From assembly GCA_964607415.1 (NCBI GenBank), contig CAZSKK010000002.1, positions 158,380 through 222,379 of the forward strand: a DNA stretch of 64,000 bases, read 5' to 3'. The notes below the pieces were generated by a model. That model was not told where the DNA came from and searched no databases. It worked only from the letters and a program-made list of their open reading frames with translations. The stretch comes from an uncultured Candidatus Saccharibacteria bacterium. Its GTDB lineage: Bacteria; Patescibacteriota; Dojkabacteria; J137. Both the position numbers and the translations under genes were made by a program. This document shows, piece by piece, positions 8,126 to 18,134 of this stretch. Every line of letters begins with the position of its first letter. Within the stretch, counting starts at the first letter, position 1.

Positions 8126-10229
8126 ACTTTTTAACCCAAAATCTATAGCTGTAGTTGGTGTTTCCTCTGACAGAAGCAAACTCTCATCGGTTATCTTCCA
8201 AAATATATTAAATGCTGGCTTTCCTGGCAATTTATATCCTGTAAACCCTAACTATAACGAAGTGCTTGGAGTTGAGTGTTATAAGAAAGTGAGTAAACTG
8301 CCCGAAAAAGTAGATCTTGGGGTAATTGTAACAAAAGCTTCAACAGTTTTAGAGATAGTGAAAGATTGTGCCAAAGCACATACCAAAAATTTAATTATAA
8401 TTTCAGCTGGATTTAAAGATGCAGGTCACGAAGGAAAAATTCTTGAGGAGGAAATTTTAAAAGTTGCCAAAAGTGCCGGCATAAGAATTTTAGGGCCAAA
8501 TTGCTTAGGAGTAATTCGTCCAAAATCATCTTTAAACGCATCCTTTGCAGCTCAATTCCCAAAAGCAGGTAGTATAAGTTTTTTTTCTCAATCTGGTGCT
8601 TTTAATACAGCATTACTAGATATGGCTGAAGATACTGGCTTAGGCTTTAACCACTTTGTTTCCATTGGAAATAAATCTGATCTTAACGAGATGGATTTTA
8701 TACGTAACTGGCTACTAGACCCCGAAGTTAAAGTGATAGGGGCATACATAGAAGACTTTGTCGATGGAAAGGATTTTTTAGATCTAATTAATAAATCAGA
8801 ACGAAAGCCTATTGTACTTTTACACTCTGGTGAATCTGAAGTTGGACAAAAAGCAGCAGTTTCACATACTGGGGCAATAGCCGGATCCGCACTAACTATT
8901 AATACAGCTTTTAACAACTCGCACGTAATTAAGGTAAAAAGTTTAGAAAAACTGTTTACAAATATCATGGCTTTTGATCGATTAAAAATCCCAACTGGTA
9001 ATAAAGTAGCAATAGTAACTAACGCCGGAGGTCCAGCAATAATGTTAACTGATATGCTATCCGAAGCTGGATTAAGAATGGCTGAAATATCACAAGAAGT
9101 AAAAAATTCTTTAAGAAAAGCTCTCCCTGAAATCTCTTCTGTAGGTAACCCAATTGATGTTTTAGGTGATGCTGCCAGCGAAAGGTATAAGCTAGCACTC
9201 GAATGTCTGGAAAATGATCCTGATATAGATTCGATCATTGTAGTGCTTACACCTCAATACATAACAGAAATTGAAAATACTGCCAAGATCGTTATAGAAA
9301 GAGTAAAGTCATCAAACAAAACAATAATTCCATTATTTATTGGCGGGAAGTATGTAAGTGATGGATTACAAAGAATGTTTGATGCAAACATTGCAGGGTT
9401 TCAACAGGCTGAGCTTGCTGTAGACGTATTAAAAAATCTTACACACTATGGAGTTATGCTAAAACACTCAGAAGAAAATAAACAGTTACACATGAGTTTT
9501 CCTAAGTATAGAAAAGAAGTCAGTAGTATAGTAAAGAACACTAACGTTCAAACAAGCATTTCAGAAGACTTAAAAAAATTATTAATGCAGGAAGCTGATA
9601 TCCTGGTTCCAGAGGAAAAAACAGTAAGAAACTTTACAGAAACTTTAGATTTTGCAAACCTAATAAAATTCCCGGTAGTTTTAAAAGCAACTTCAAAAGA
9701 TTTAATACACAAAACTGATTTTAAGGGTGTCTTTTTAAATATTTATACTGAAGAACAATTAAAAAGAGATTTCTTTGATTTAAGAAGAAACCTTCAAGCC
9801 AAAACAGGAATTATAGAACCTGATATTTTAATTCAAAAACAAATAAAGGGCGATTTGGAACTTTTTATAGGAATACAAAGAGATGGCAGTAGTGATGTAT
9901 ACAAAAAGGAAGGGAGCGGTTTCGGACATTTATTAGTTTTCGGCCATGGAGGCATTTATACCGAAGTCTATCAAGATTTTTCTCAGGCTCTACTCCCAGC
10001 GTCTAGAGATACCTTAATAAACACAATAAACTCTACAAAAGTTTCTTTAATTATAAACGGATATAGAACTGGTAAAAAACTAAATTTTGATAAGCTTTTA
10101 CAAACGATTAATAAAATACAGAAGCTTGTTTTAAGTTACCCTGAAATTGAAAGCATTGATTTTAACCCTGTGCTGCTCACAAAAGATAAATGTTATTGTG
10201 TTGACGTGAAGATATTTTTAAAGAGATGA
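8106..10229 (+). CDS. Acetate-CoA ligase (ADP-forming), alpha-beta fusion
   Basis: LFNPKSIAVVG, ILGPNCLG, SQSGA, SIGNKSD, SHTGAIAG (phospho-His), NAGGP, NPIDV, HKTD..GV, IDFNP. Confidence 0.95.
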   Translation: MSQPLNELFNPKSIAVVGVSSDRSKLSSVIFQNILNAGFPGNLYPVNPNYNEVLGVECYKKVSKLPEKVDLGVIVTKASTVLEIVKDCAKAHTKNLIIISAGFKDAGHEGKILEEEILKVAKSAGIRILGPNCLGVIRPKSSLNASFAAQFPKAGSISFFSQSGAFNTALLDMAEDTGLGFNHFVSIGNKSDLNEMDFIRNWLLDPEVKVIGAYIEDFVDGKDFLDLINKSERKPIVLLHSGESEVGQKAAVSHTGAIAGSALTINTAFNNSHVIKVKSLEKLFTNIMAFDRLKIPTGNKVAIVTNAGGPAIMLTDMLSEAGLRMAEISQEVKNSLRKALPEISSVGNPIDVLGDAASERYKLALECLENDPDIDSIIVVLTPQYITEIENTAKIVIERVKSSNKTIIPLFIGGKYVSDGLQRMFDANIAGFQQAELAVDVLKNLTHYGVMLKHSEENKQLHMSFPKYRKEVSSIVKNTNVQTSISEDLKKLLMQEADILVPEEKTVRNFTETLDFANLIKFPVVLKATSKDLIHKTDFKGVFLNIYTEEQLKRDFFDLRRNLQAKTGIIEPDILIQKQIKGDLELFIGIQRDGSSDVYKKEGSGFGHLLVFGHGGIYTEVYQDFSQALLPASRDTLINTINSTKVSLIINGYRTGKKLNFDKLLQTINKIQKLVLSYPEIESIDFNPVLLTKDKCYCVDVKIFLKR

Positions 10230-10230
10230 T

Positions 10231-10264
10231 AATGAAGCCGTGACGTCGACGTCGCGGCTTCATT
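10231..10264. terminator. Palindromic hairpin between convergent genes (REP-like, probable bidirectional terminator)
   Basis: AATGAAGCCGTGACGTCGACGTCGCGGCTTCATT. Confidence 0.7.
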
Positions 10265-10278
10265 GTAATCATTTAAAT

Positions 10279-11163
10279 TTAAACGAAGTCAGTTACCAAT
10301 TCCGAAATATCATAAATTTTAACCTCGTCTACAAGTTCCGTTTGCATCCCTACCCTATTATGCAGTTTTGATTTTAAGTCTTTCAAATTATCATTTTTAT
10401 ACAAAACTCCAACGGCAATTTTTTCAGAAAGATCAGCTGCAACTCTTCTTGTTTCTTCAATTTTATTAGCATTATAACCTTCTAACATTTCAACCTTAAA
10501 ACAATGCTTTAAGTACCATTCGTGAGGAGTAGCTTCGTTATAGGTTGGGCAAGATTGGAGTATTTCTATAAAACTAAAACCTTTATGATTTAATCCCGCA
10601 CTAATAACTTCAGTCATATGCTTAACATCCCCAGAAAAAGTTCTAGCTAAAAAAGATGGGTTCAGATCTAAAAGTAAATTTATAATATTGATAGGTTCTG
10701 ATTCCACTCCATCAGGAGATGTATCCATAGGTGTTTCTTTTGGTGTTGAAGGAGAAGCCTGACCTTTAGTTAAACCATAATTAGAATTATTATGCAGAAT
10801 AAAAGTAATGTCATAATTTGCCCTAACAGCATGAATAAGGTGATTTATGCCTTCCCCCAAGGTTCCCCCATCACCACCAAAGGCAAGTACTTTAATTTTA
10901 CCGTTTGCAAGGTGAGCTCCAGTAGCCAATGGAATTACTCTACCGTGAAGCGCATGAAATTTATATCCGCCTATCTTATCGGATCCATTTCCATGACAAC
11001 CAATATCGAAACATAAAACAGTTTTTTTAGGTTCAATTTGGTTTGCAACTAATGCTCTTTTTACTGCAGCATGGATCGCATAGTTCCCACAGTTTGTACA
11101 CCAAGTATATATATTTGGTGAATTATAGTCAGCATATTTTACAGTACAGTTATCACAAGACAT
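10279..11163 (-). CDS. korB: 2-oxoacid:ferredoxin oxidoreductase beta subunit
   Basis: WC..CG, DIGC, LHGR, GGDGG (TPP binding), NNSNYGLTKGQASP, ILQSCPTYN. Confidence 0.93.
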   Translation of the reverse strand: MSCDNCTVKYADYNSPNIYTWCTNCGNYAIHAAVKRALVANQIEPKKTVLCFDIGCHGNGSDKIGGYKFHALHGRVIPLATGAHLANGKIKVLAFGGDGGTLGEGINHLIHAVRANYDITFILHNNSNYGLTKGQASPSTPKETPMDTSPDGVESEPINIINLLLDLNPSFLARTFSGDVKHMTEVISAGLNHKGFSFIEILQSCPTYNEATPHEWYLKHCFKVEMLEGYNANKIEETRRVAADLSEKIAVGVLYKNDNLKDLKSKLHNRVGMQTELVDEVKIYDISELVTDFV

Positions 11164-11252
11164 ATTTTTATTAAGTTCAATGATTAAATGTTCGAATTCC
11201 GAATTTTAGGTATTAAAATTTAAGCTTATTTTGATAGCTTTGATCTTTATTA

Positions 11253-13010
11253 TTATATTAAGTCATTTATTTTATCTCTGATTTCGTCCACAAAGAAAGG
11301 TCTTCCATCAAATCTTAAAATTTTCTGTTCAAATACATATCCAGTTTGCTGAGTAATCAACTTTCCTAGTTGACCTTCATAGTTATTTTCAATCAAAATA
11401 AGCTTATTCCCTTTTTTTATTAACTCATTTAGTTTTTCGGTTTTTAAAGGCCAAATGTATTCGTAATGAAGATAGTTTACTATCTTCCCTCTTGAGAGGG
11501 GATTAAGGGATGTGTTTTTGAGTTCATTTAATGTATCCAACACAGCATTCTTTACACTACCCCATCCTATCAAAGTAATATTTGCATCATCAGAGCCAAA
11601 AAGTTCCGGTTCAGGAAGAATTTGCAAAAGCGCGGCCTCCTTTTTCATTCTTTTTTCAAACATATCAATTACAAGCTTAGATTCTTCTACACTTGTTCCA
11701 TCTTCAGAATGCTCATCAGTATTTGCATCATAAGCTGCAACCGATTGCCCTGGAAACCATCTTGGGGAAACCCCCGATTCTGTTAGCTTGAATCTATCTG
11801 TTGGTTTTAAAGTTTCTAATTCTGAGTTTGAAACTAACCCTCTTTTTATTTCTATTGCATCCGGCAAACGTTCTACTTGGAAATAAGACTCTGCAATTTG
11901 TTTTTCAGTTAAAACAATTACTGGAATTTGAAATTCTTCGGAAATGTTTAAAGCTTCTTGAATTTTTATAAAACAAGATTCAATATCACTTACTGCAATA
12001 ACACACTTTACATATTCTCCATGCGAAGGCGTTACTGCAAGTAGCAAATCTGAAGCCGAAGTCCATGTTGGAAGTCCTGTTGCAGGCCCTGGCCTTTGAG
12101 CCAAAATACAAACAAAAGGAGTTTCTGTAATGGCACTTGCGGAAATCGTCTCAGACATTAAATCGAAACCTCCCCCCGAGGTTCCAGTTAAAGCTCTGGT
12201 TCCCATAAACATACTCCCCAAAGTCATTTGTGCGGCACTAATTTCATCTTCAACTTGTCTTACAATCATTCCAGTTTTTTTATACTGATTAGCAAGATAG
12301 CTTAAAATGGAAGAAGCTGGAGTCATTGGATAAGCATAGTATGCTCTTACCCCAGCAGCAATTGCTCCAAGGGCCAGTGCATGATTTCCAGTTATTAATA
12401 AATCTTTTGTGTTTTTATTCATTTTCTCAAAATCTGTTACATCAACTTTATAAACTTCTTGCTCCGAAAGATCGAAACCTTTTTTAATACATTTAAGATC
12501 AATTTCTAAAAACTTTGGTTTGTCTGCAAATTGTTCTTTAATAAATTCTTCTAATCTGGTTGGCTCAAATCTAAGAAGTTTCCATGTGTAAGAAAGAGCT
12601 ACAATATTTGCAAAAAGATTATCCCCTCCGATTTCAATTGAATATTTAGTAGCGTCTATAAAAAGTACTTTAATATTGTTTTGAATAATAAAATCTTGCT
12701 CTTCTTTTGAAAAATGCATGTGAGGCATTATATGAATAAGTGTTCCATTTTTATTAAGTGATTTTAGATATTTATGTGTAGAAATCCTGCTTAGACATAA
12801 AAGAACATTGCAAGTACTGCTAGATGATCTTATTTCTTTTTCAGAAAAATCAATTTGAAAGCTTGCATAGCCACCTTTAATTAATGATGGATATTCTCTA
12901 TATCCAAAGGTTTTATATCCTAAAGATTTAAGAGCTTTAACTAAAATCTCACCAGTAGAATTGACTCCTTGTCCGGATTCACCACCTATTTTTATTACGT
13001 AACGGCTCAT
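11253..13010 (-). CDS. korA: 2-oxoacid:ferredoxin oxidoreductase alpha(+gamma) subunit
   Basis: IGGESGQG, EYPSLIKGG, YPMTPAS, QVEDEI, TSGGGF.LM.E, QRPGPATGLPT. Confidence 0.95.
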   Translation of the reverse strand: MSRYVIKIGGESGQGVNSTGEILVKALKSLGYKTFGYREYPSLIKGGYASFQIDFSEKEIRSSSSTCNVLLCLSRISTHKYLKSLNKNGTLIHIMPHMHFSKEEQDFIIQNNIKVLFIDATKYSIEIGGDNLFANIVALSYTWKLLRFEPTRLEEFIKEQFADKPKFLEIDLKCIKKGFDLSEQEVYKVDVTDFEKMNKNTKDLLITGNHALALGAIAAGVRAYYAYPMTPASSILSYLANQYKKTGMIVRQVEDEISAAQMTLGSMFMGTRALTGTSGGGFDLMSETISASAITETPFVCILAQRPGPATGLPTWTSASDLLLAVTPSHGEYVKCVIAVSDIESCFIKIQEALNISEEFQIPVIVLTEKQIAESYFQVERLPDAIEIKRGLVSNSELETLKPTDRFKLTESGVSPRWFPGQSVAAYDANTDEHSEDGTSVEESKLVIDMFEKRMKKEAALLQILPEPELFGSDDANITLIGWGSVKNAVLDTLNELKNTSLNPLSRGKIVNYLHYEYIWPLKTEKLNELIKKGNKLILIENNYEGQLGKLITQQTGYVFEQKILRFDGRPFFVDEIRDKINDLI

Positions 13011-13059
13011 GCTTTCAAATCTAGATAATATACATTAAGTCTGTAACAAAAAATCTCTG

Positions 13060-13228
13060 TGTCACATCGAGCAAATTTACAGAATTTGACGAGATGCGGA
13101 CACTAAAACTTCCGAACGGTTAATTAGCTCTATTGATTCCCAATATAACTTACAGCGACTTTGCCTAAAATTTGCTTTTATATTTGTTAGATTCCGCATA
13201 TTTCGCTTTGCTCAATTCCGGAATGACA
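13060..13228. repeat. TGTCA...ATGACA-type REP-like palindromic element
   Basis: Left TGTCACATCGAGC...GACGAGATG; right AGATTCCG...CGGAATGACA; related to 52277-52350 and 54786-54811. Confidence 0.55.
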
Positions 13229-13286
13229 TCTTTTATGGCTCAGGCCTAAAACCTCAAACCTTATTTGCTCTATTGCTCTAACCTCT

Positions 13287-13742
13287 CTAGCTGTCCTTCT
13301 TACCTAACGCATCCATAAACCCATTTATCCAAGGTTTCACATGGTTTTCAATTTGATCATGCGGATCTCCATTTATCCTTAATGCGTGAAACAACTCAGT
13401 TCCTCCCTTTTCTATAAAACTTCTTCTTAAAATATTCATCCCTTCACAGAATTGGACAGGTTCGTATCTGATATCTCCTAATCCTACAAAAGCCGCAATT
13501 TTTCCAGTTAAATCAAGTCCTTTCATTTCATTGTAAAGTCTTGCAAAAAATGGATTAATTTCGCCATGCTCCCAGGTAGATGTCGCAAGAATAAACATAT
13601 TGTTTTCTGTTATTAAATCAATAGGGGCTACTTCTGATCTGTGCAGTTGATTTTCTACCGAATTTGAACTTAATATTTTCGAAATTTCTTCACAAACCAG
13701 CTCAACATTCCCTGAAGTGGATGCATAAACGATTTGAATCAT
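13287..13742 (-). CDS. Flavodoxin
   Basis: IVYASTSGNVE, TSTWEHGE, AFVGLGD.RY...FC. Confidence 0.92.
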   Translation of the reverse strand: MIQIVYASTSGNVELVCEEISKILSSNSVENQLHRSEVAPIDLITENNMFILATSTWEHGEINPFFARLYNEMKGLDLTGKIAAFVGLGDIRYEPVQFCEGMNILRRSFIEKGGTELFHALRINGDPHDQIENHVKPWINGFMDALGKKDS

Positions 13743-13982
13743 GTTTATTATGTAAGAATTCTAACTCATTCTAACTCAAACAAAGGTGCTTTTGAAACAA
13801 CCTTGAATTAAAATATTTACTAGAAACTAATCGTAAATCCACCAACTTTATTTCGTACTTTAGAAATTAGTGATTAGGACTTCGTATATGATTTCGCGAA
13901 ATTATAATAAGGTTTTCACATTAACTAAAAAATATCATCAGATTTTAGTTCGTGGTATTAGATTTTATAGTAAAATTTATCC

Positions 13983-14390
13983 ATGAAAAAACTAATTAAC
14001 CAAAAAACCTCATACTACTTACTAATTTTAAGCTTATCTTTTGTATATATTGTCTTTGGGATTTTAAAAGTAATAGACAAGAGCCCTATAAAAGACCTTG
14101 TTGTGGAAGCTTTGCCATTTATGGAGAATTCTTTTTTATTTGCTTTATTTGGACTTGGTGAAATCGTTTTAGGAGCTTCACTTATAATTAAAAAACTTAG
14201 GCTTTTAGGAAGTACAGGAATCATACTACATTTAATATCGACTTTTATAGCAATACCGCTAGCTTGGGGGATGATTTATGATTCCAATACAATCCTTACA
14301 CTTCATGGGGAATTTGTTGCGAAAAATCTGGTGTTAGTAGCAGCAGCAATAAATATAGCAAACTTCGAGGTCAAGCAAAAGAATACTTAA
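13983..14390 (+). CDS. DoxX-like membrane protein
   Basis: Y..FGILK, G.GEI.LG, H, GEFVAKN.V. Confidence 0.75.
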   Translation: MKKLINQKTSYYLLILSLSFVYIVFGILKVIDKSPIKDLVVEALPFMENSFLFALFGLGEIVLGASLIIKKLRLLGSTGIILHLISTFIAIPLAWGMIYDSNTILTLHGEFVAKNLVLVAAAINIANFEVKQKNT

Positions 14391-15397
14391 TCGATCTTAA
14401 GAACAGGTATCGTTTGTAAATTTTTAAATGAAGGATCAAAAAGATTTATCGTTTTAAAATTTAAATTTTGCTCTTCTTGCTTTAACTGACTATATGTAAG
14501 AATCGAGGAGATCAGATCATTATCCTTTTCCAGCAGAACACCAAAACCCACCCAAAACTGAACAGCTGAGCTTTGAGAAGATTTGATTGGCAGTCCCCAT
14601 GTTTTTGTATATCTAAAGCCTACAGGAATCATATCTTTATCAAATGCCCAAGGCACATCTTTTTCCCAATTAGGATCAAATATAAAAGCATCGTGAATTA
14701 AAGTGGATTCTAAAAGTTCACTATATTTTTCTTCTTTTGGAAAATCATTAAAATCTTTTTTATAATTTCTTTCTGATTTTTGAAGTCTTTCCTTTTGAAC
14801 TGATTCTGGCAAGTCTTCCCATTCATCACGTAGTTTAATTATAGCCAGATCAAATCTTTTTAATAACTCTTCTTGTGATATCTGATCCCTAATTTTTGAG
14901 AATTTTAATTTGAAGTTACCAGGCAAAGTTTTGCTAAACAATTTCAAAATAGCCTCAAACTGATTGTTATAAATATCCAAGTCAACTTGCGGAATATTAT
15001 TCATTCTACTAATAAAAATTTCATCCGAATAATAATCAAGAATTACACCTTTATTGTATCCGCTCGCAATGGGTAGAAGCCAATTTATAAGTAATACAAT
15101 GTTAAATAGTTCTGCCCAATCAACTTCAGGGTAAGAAGGTAATTGCCATTTTTTAAAACCTCCAAAAGGCACAGATATATGAATAGGTAAAAAATTCTCA
15201 ATGCTATAGTCTATTATATCTTCTATTCTTTTTTGCAAAATATCGGCTACTTTACTTGTTCTAAACTTTGAAGATAGAAGTTTTTTAAGAATATACTTAT
15301 CAATACCCTCATACCTAATAGTCTTTTCGTCTTCATTTGTTAAATTATATTCTTTATTTGAAAAAATTAAGTCTTGGAGATGCTTTTCGTAGTTCAT
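14387..15397 (-). CDS. Hypothetical enzyme, divergent PvcA/Dit1 (isocyanide synthase)-like
   Basis: PIHISVPFGGFK...PEVDWAE....L..W..PIA..Y..GV.L.YYSDE....MNNIP..D...Y parallels the spacing of the recalled Dit1/PvcA motif. Confidence 0.55.
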   Translation of the reverse strand: MNYEKHLQDLIFSNKEYNLTNEDEKTIRYEGIDKYILKKLLSSKFRTSKVADILQKRIEDIIDYSIENFLPIHISVPFGGFKKWQLPSYPEVDWAELFNIVLLINWLLPIASGYNKGVILDYYSDEIFISRMNNIPQVDLDIYNNQFEAILKLFSKTLPGNFKLKFSKIRDQISQEELLKRFDLAIIKLRDEWEDLPESVQKERLQKSERNYKKDFNDFPKEEKYSELLESTLIHDAFIFDPNWEKDVPWAFDKDMIPVGFRYTKTWGLPIKSSQSSAVQFWVGFGVLLEKDNDLISSILTYSQLKQEEQNLNFKTINLFDPSFKNLQTIPVLKID

Positions 15398-15497
15398 TTA
15401 AATTGGAGCCGGCAAGCTTTGAGCTTACTTCTTTCTCTTGCGAGAACATTTTACAAATTAAACTACGGCCCCTTAAGCTAAAAATTATAATACCAGA

Positions 15498-15558
15498 ATT
15501 TTAGAAAAATAAAAACATGTCGTCAAACTTGACGGTGAGTGTCGACACATAATACAAT
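15498..15558. promoter_or_regulatory. Back-to-back sigma70 promoters sharing a palindromic -35 region
   Basis: CGTCAA-AC-TTGACG at 15521-15534. Plus: TTGACG-18-TACAAT(15553). Minus: TTGACG-17-TAAAAT(15503-15498). Extra palindrome GTGTCGACAC at 15539-15548. Confidence 0.65.
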
Positions 15559-15565
15559 CGTATAT

Positions 15566-16444
15566 ATGAATCAATATCTAAAGGTTTTAAAAAAATTCGG
15601 TCTAACTGAAAACGAAGCAAAGGTTTACTTAGAATCATTAAAAGAAAATGAACTATCCCCTTTTCAAATTTCAAAATTAACTGGAATACCAAGAACAACT
15701 GTTTATGATATTTTAATGAATCTTGCTCTTAAAGGCCTTGTTGAACTTGATCAAAGTGATGGGCTTCAAAAACAACAAACAAAAGTACGCGCAAAAAATC
15801 CATCTGTACTAAGAAAAATCCTTCAAAAAAGACGTGATGACTCTTTTAAAATTGAAGCTGAGATTGCAGAAATACTTCCAAGTCTTAAAGAAATTTTTCA
15901 CAAAGATGAATCTAATGCTGATTTTCAATTTTTCCCAGGGATCGAAGGAATTCGTCGTGTTTATTTAAATATCGAATCACAAAACCTAGACCAGAACAAT
16001 GTTTCATGGACTCAATTGATGCCTTTAGATGTCTTTGGAAGCAAAAATATAAACGAGGACGTTCATACTTGGAACGAAATTCGTAAACGAAACAAAATAA
16101 CTGCTAAGGAATTAATCCCTTTAAATGACTGGACTAAACATGTTCTAACCTATCAATACCAGCTTGATAAGCGTTACTTAGATAACAGAGAGTTTAGATA
16201 TATTGAATCACCTATGTTTGAAATGCTTTTAGATTTAGTTGTTCAAGGCAATTACATAAAAATTGCCTGCTGTGAAGGAGATGAAGTTTGGGGAATAATT
16301 ATAAAAAGTGAAGCTCTAGCCAAAAGCTTTAAGTCAATGTTTAGCGTGATGTGGAATATGGCGACACCAATAACAAAAGAATTTATCGAAGCGCTTGGGG
16401 ATAACAAACTGTTAACAGAACAAAAGCTTAAAAGATCACTTTAA
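15566..16444 (+). CDS. TrmB family transcriptional regulator
   Basis: LKKFGLTENEAKVY, ISKLTGIPRTTVYDIL..L..KGLV, F.GIEGI, S...AKSFKSMF..MW. Confidence 0.9.
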   Translation: MNQYLKVLKKFGLTENEAKVYLESLKENELSPFQISKLTGIPRTTVYDILMNLALKGLVELDQSDGLQKQQTKVRAKNPSVLRKILQKRRDDSFKIEAEIAEILPSLKEIFHKDESNADFQFFPGIEGIRRVYLNIESQNLDQNNVSWTQLMPLDVFGSKNINEDVHTWNEIRKRNKITAKELIPLNDWTKHVLTYQYQLDKRYLDNREFRYIESPMFEMLLDLVVQGNYIKIACCEGDEVWGIIIKSEALAKSFKSMFSVMWNMATPITKEFIEALGDNKLLTEQKLKRSL

Positions 16445-16772
16445 AATCAACATAAAGTATTTCTCCTGTAGGATGATTAAATTTATACAAATTTTTCGGT
16501 TCAATTGTAATTGGGAGCATCTTGGATTCACAAGCTTTTTGCAGATCGTAAGTAAGCAAAACCATATAATCTCTATATGTGAAATTCAGAACATTATTTT
16601 TTGAAACTAGTGAACTTGGATATAAACCAACACGAACCATAACATGATTCTTTTCAAGATTAGAACTATCTTTAGGAAGAACCTCTAAAGAAAACCCTTT
16701 TTCTTGAACGATTTCAAGAAGTGCATCGTGATAAACATTAACTTGATTTTGATACGTTTCTTGAGCATTCAT
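16428..16772 (-). CDS. Hypothetical protein
   Basis: 114 aa ORF starting 3 nt after the stop of the 16776-17339 gene on the same strand. Confidence 0.55.
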   Translation of the reverse strand: MNAQETYQNQVNVYHDALLEIVQEKGFSLEVLPKDSSNLEKNHVMVRVGLYPSSLVSKNNVLNFTYRDYMVLLTYDLQKACESKMLPITIEPKNLYKFNHPTGEILYVDFKVIF

Positions 16773-16775
16773 AAT

Positions 16776-17339
16776 TTAGTGTTTAAAACTCGGTGTAAGG
16801 TAAAAAACGAATGTTTGGTAAATTTTTCCATCATCAACTTGCCTTGTCTCTTTAACTCTAAAAAGTATCCCAAAGTTAGTGTACAAGGCGCAATTTTGTA
16901 TTATTTCTTTGAAAGAATTTAGCTCTGTTTCGAAGCTCTCGCTTGTTAATCCCTCTTCCAAAATACTTGCTAAGTCGACAGTTACCTGTACAGATTCATA
17001 AAGTCTTCGTAACTCCTCCTGCTTTTGCGCTATAATTTCTTCTTGCACATCCTTCTGCATTGCTAGATATGAAAACCCTATTCTTTTAAAATCATTAATC
17101 TCTTGCCTTGTAAACATCGAACTTAATATTTCTTCAGACTCGTAATTTTGTATTAAATAGTCAAATTTTAATAATTCTTCCAAAAGAAATTGAAGTTCAT
17201 CACCCTTGTTTTTCCTTTCAGATTCAAGCAAAGACATGTTACGTGAGACCCAGCTTCCTACCGGGACGTTCTCACCTAGTATATCTAAAAATTCCTGTAC
17301 ACTTTGTTCTAGTTGTGGATACTCTGTTTGTTCATTCAT
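16776..17339 (-). CDS. Hypothetical acidic helical protein
   Basis: 187 aa ORF; TATAAT 9 nt upstream. Confidence 0.6.
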   Translation of the reverse strand: MNEQTEYPQLEQSVQEFLDILGENVPVGSWVSRNMSLLESERKNKGDELQFLLEELLKFDYLIQNYESEEILSSMFTRQEINDFKRIGFSYLAMQKDVQEEIIAQKQEELRRLYESVQVTVDLASILEEGLTSESFETELNSFKEIIQNCALYTNFGILFRVKETRQVDDGKIYQTFVFYLTPSFKH

Positions 17340-17414
17340 AGTTTCTTAATTATATCATCGCTGCCGCATTTTGGCGACCACAAAACACTATTGCAAAAGT
17401 TGTATAATCAATCT

Positions 17415-18134
17415 ATGTCAACAACAAAAGTTTACAAAAAAAATTTTGAATACAGCTACACAATTGGCATTTACCCTACTCTGGAGCTTTTAAAAGCAAA
17501 ACCCGAAAGAGTTTTAGAAATTATTTTGTCCAGCAATACGCAAGAAAGTCAGAAGATTGCAGAAATAAAATTAATTTGTGATAAAGAAAACATTCAAATT
17601 AGCTTTAATAATAAATTTGTAAATAGAATTTCAAATTCAGAAAATGCTCACGTAATTTGTGTTTTTGAAAAGTTTGAATCTCAAATTGAGAGAAATAAAA
17701 ATCATCTCGTTTTAGTAAATCCATCCGACATGGGAAATCTTGGAACGATAATTAGAACGATGTGTGGATTTGGTTTAAAAAATCTAGCAATTATAAAACC
17801 TGCATGCGACATTTTTAATCCTAAGGTTATACGAGGCAGTATGGGAAGCATATTTAATATTAATTTTCAGTATTTTGAAAATTTTCACGAATATAAAAAG
17901 ATAAATGAAAGTACTTTATATGCTTTCGCTTTAAATGCCCAAACTAGATTAGATGAATTGTCATTTCAAAAACCTTATTCTTTAGTATTTGGTAACGAAG
18001 GTTCAGGACTACCAGAGGAGATTGTAAAATCCTGTTTGGGAATTAAAATCAACCAATCAAATGAAATTGATAGCCTAAATTTATCCATTGCGGTAGGAGT
18101 TGCTCTAAATAAATGCTTCAACGAACAGTCCTAG
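17415..18134 (+). CDS. TrmH/SpoU family RNA 2'-O-methyltransferase
   Basis: DMGNLGTIIRT, RGSMG, VFGNEGSGL, DSLNLSIA. Confidence 0.92.
   Translation: MSTTKVYKKNFEYSYTIGIYPTLELLKAKPERVLEIILSSNTQESQKIAEIKLICDKENIQISFNNKFVNRISNSENAHVICVFEKFESQIERNKNHLVLVNPSDMGNLGTIIRTMCGFGLKNLAIIKPACDIFNPKVIRGSMGSIFNINFQYFENFHEYKKINESTLYAFALNAQTRLDELSFQKPYSLVFGNEGSGLPEEIVKSCLGIKINQSNEIDSLNLSIAVGVALNKCFNEQS

Noticed and set aside
8588-9238. 216 aa antisense ORF and other shadow ORFs (e.g. 647-937, 42399-42839, 51627-51968)
   Set aside because: They lie opposite well-supported genes and have no recognisable motifs
15354-15449. 31-codon ORF MFSQEKEVSSKLAGSNL... overlapping the start of the PvcA-like gene
   Set aside because: Could be a leader peptide or frameshifted N-terminus, but there is no independent evidence
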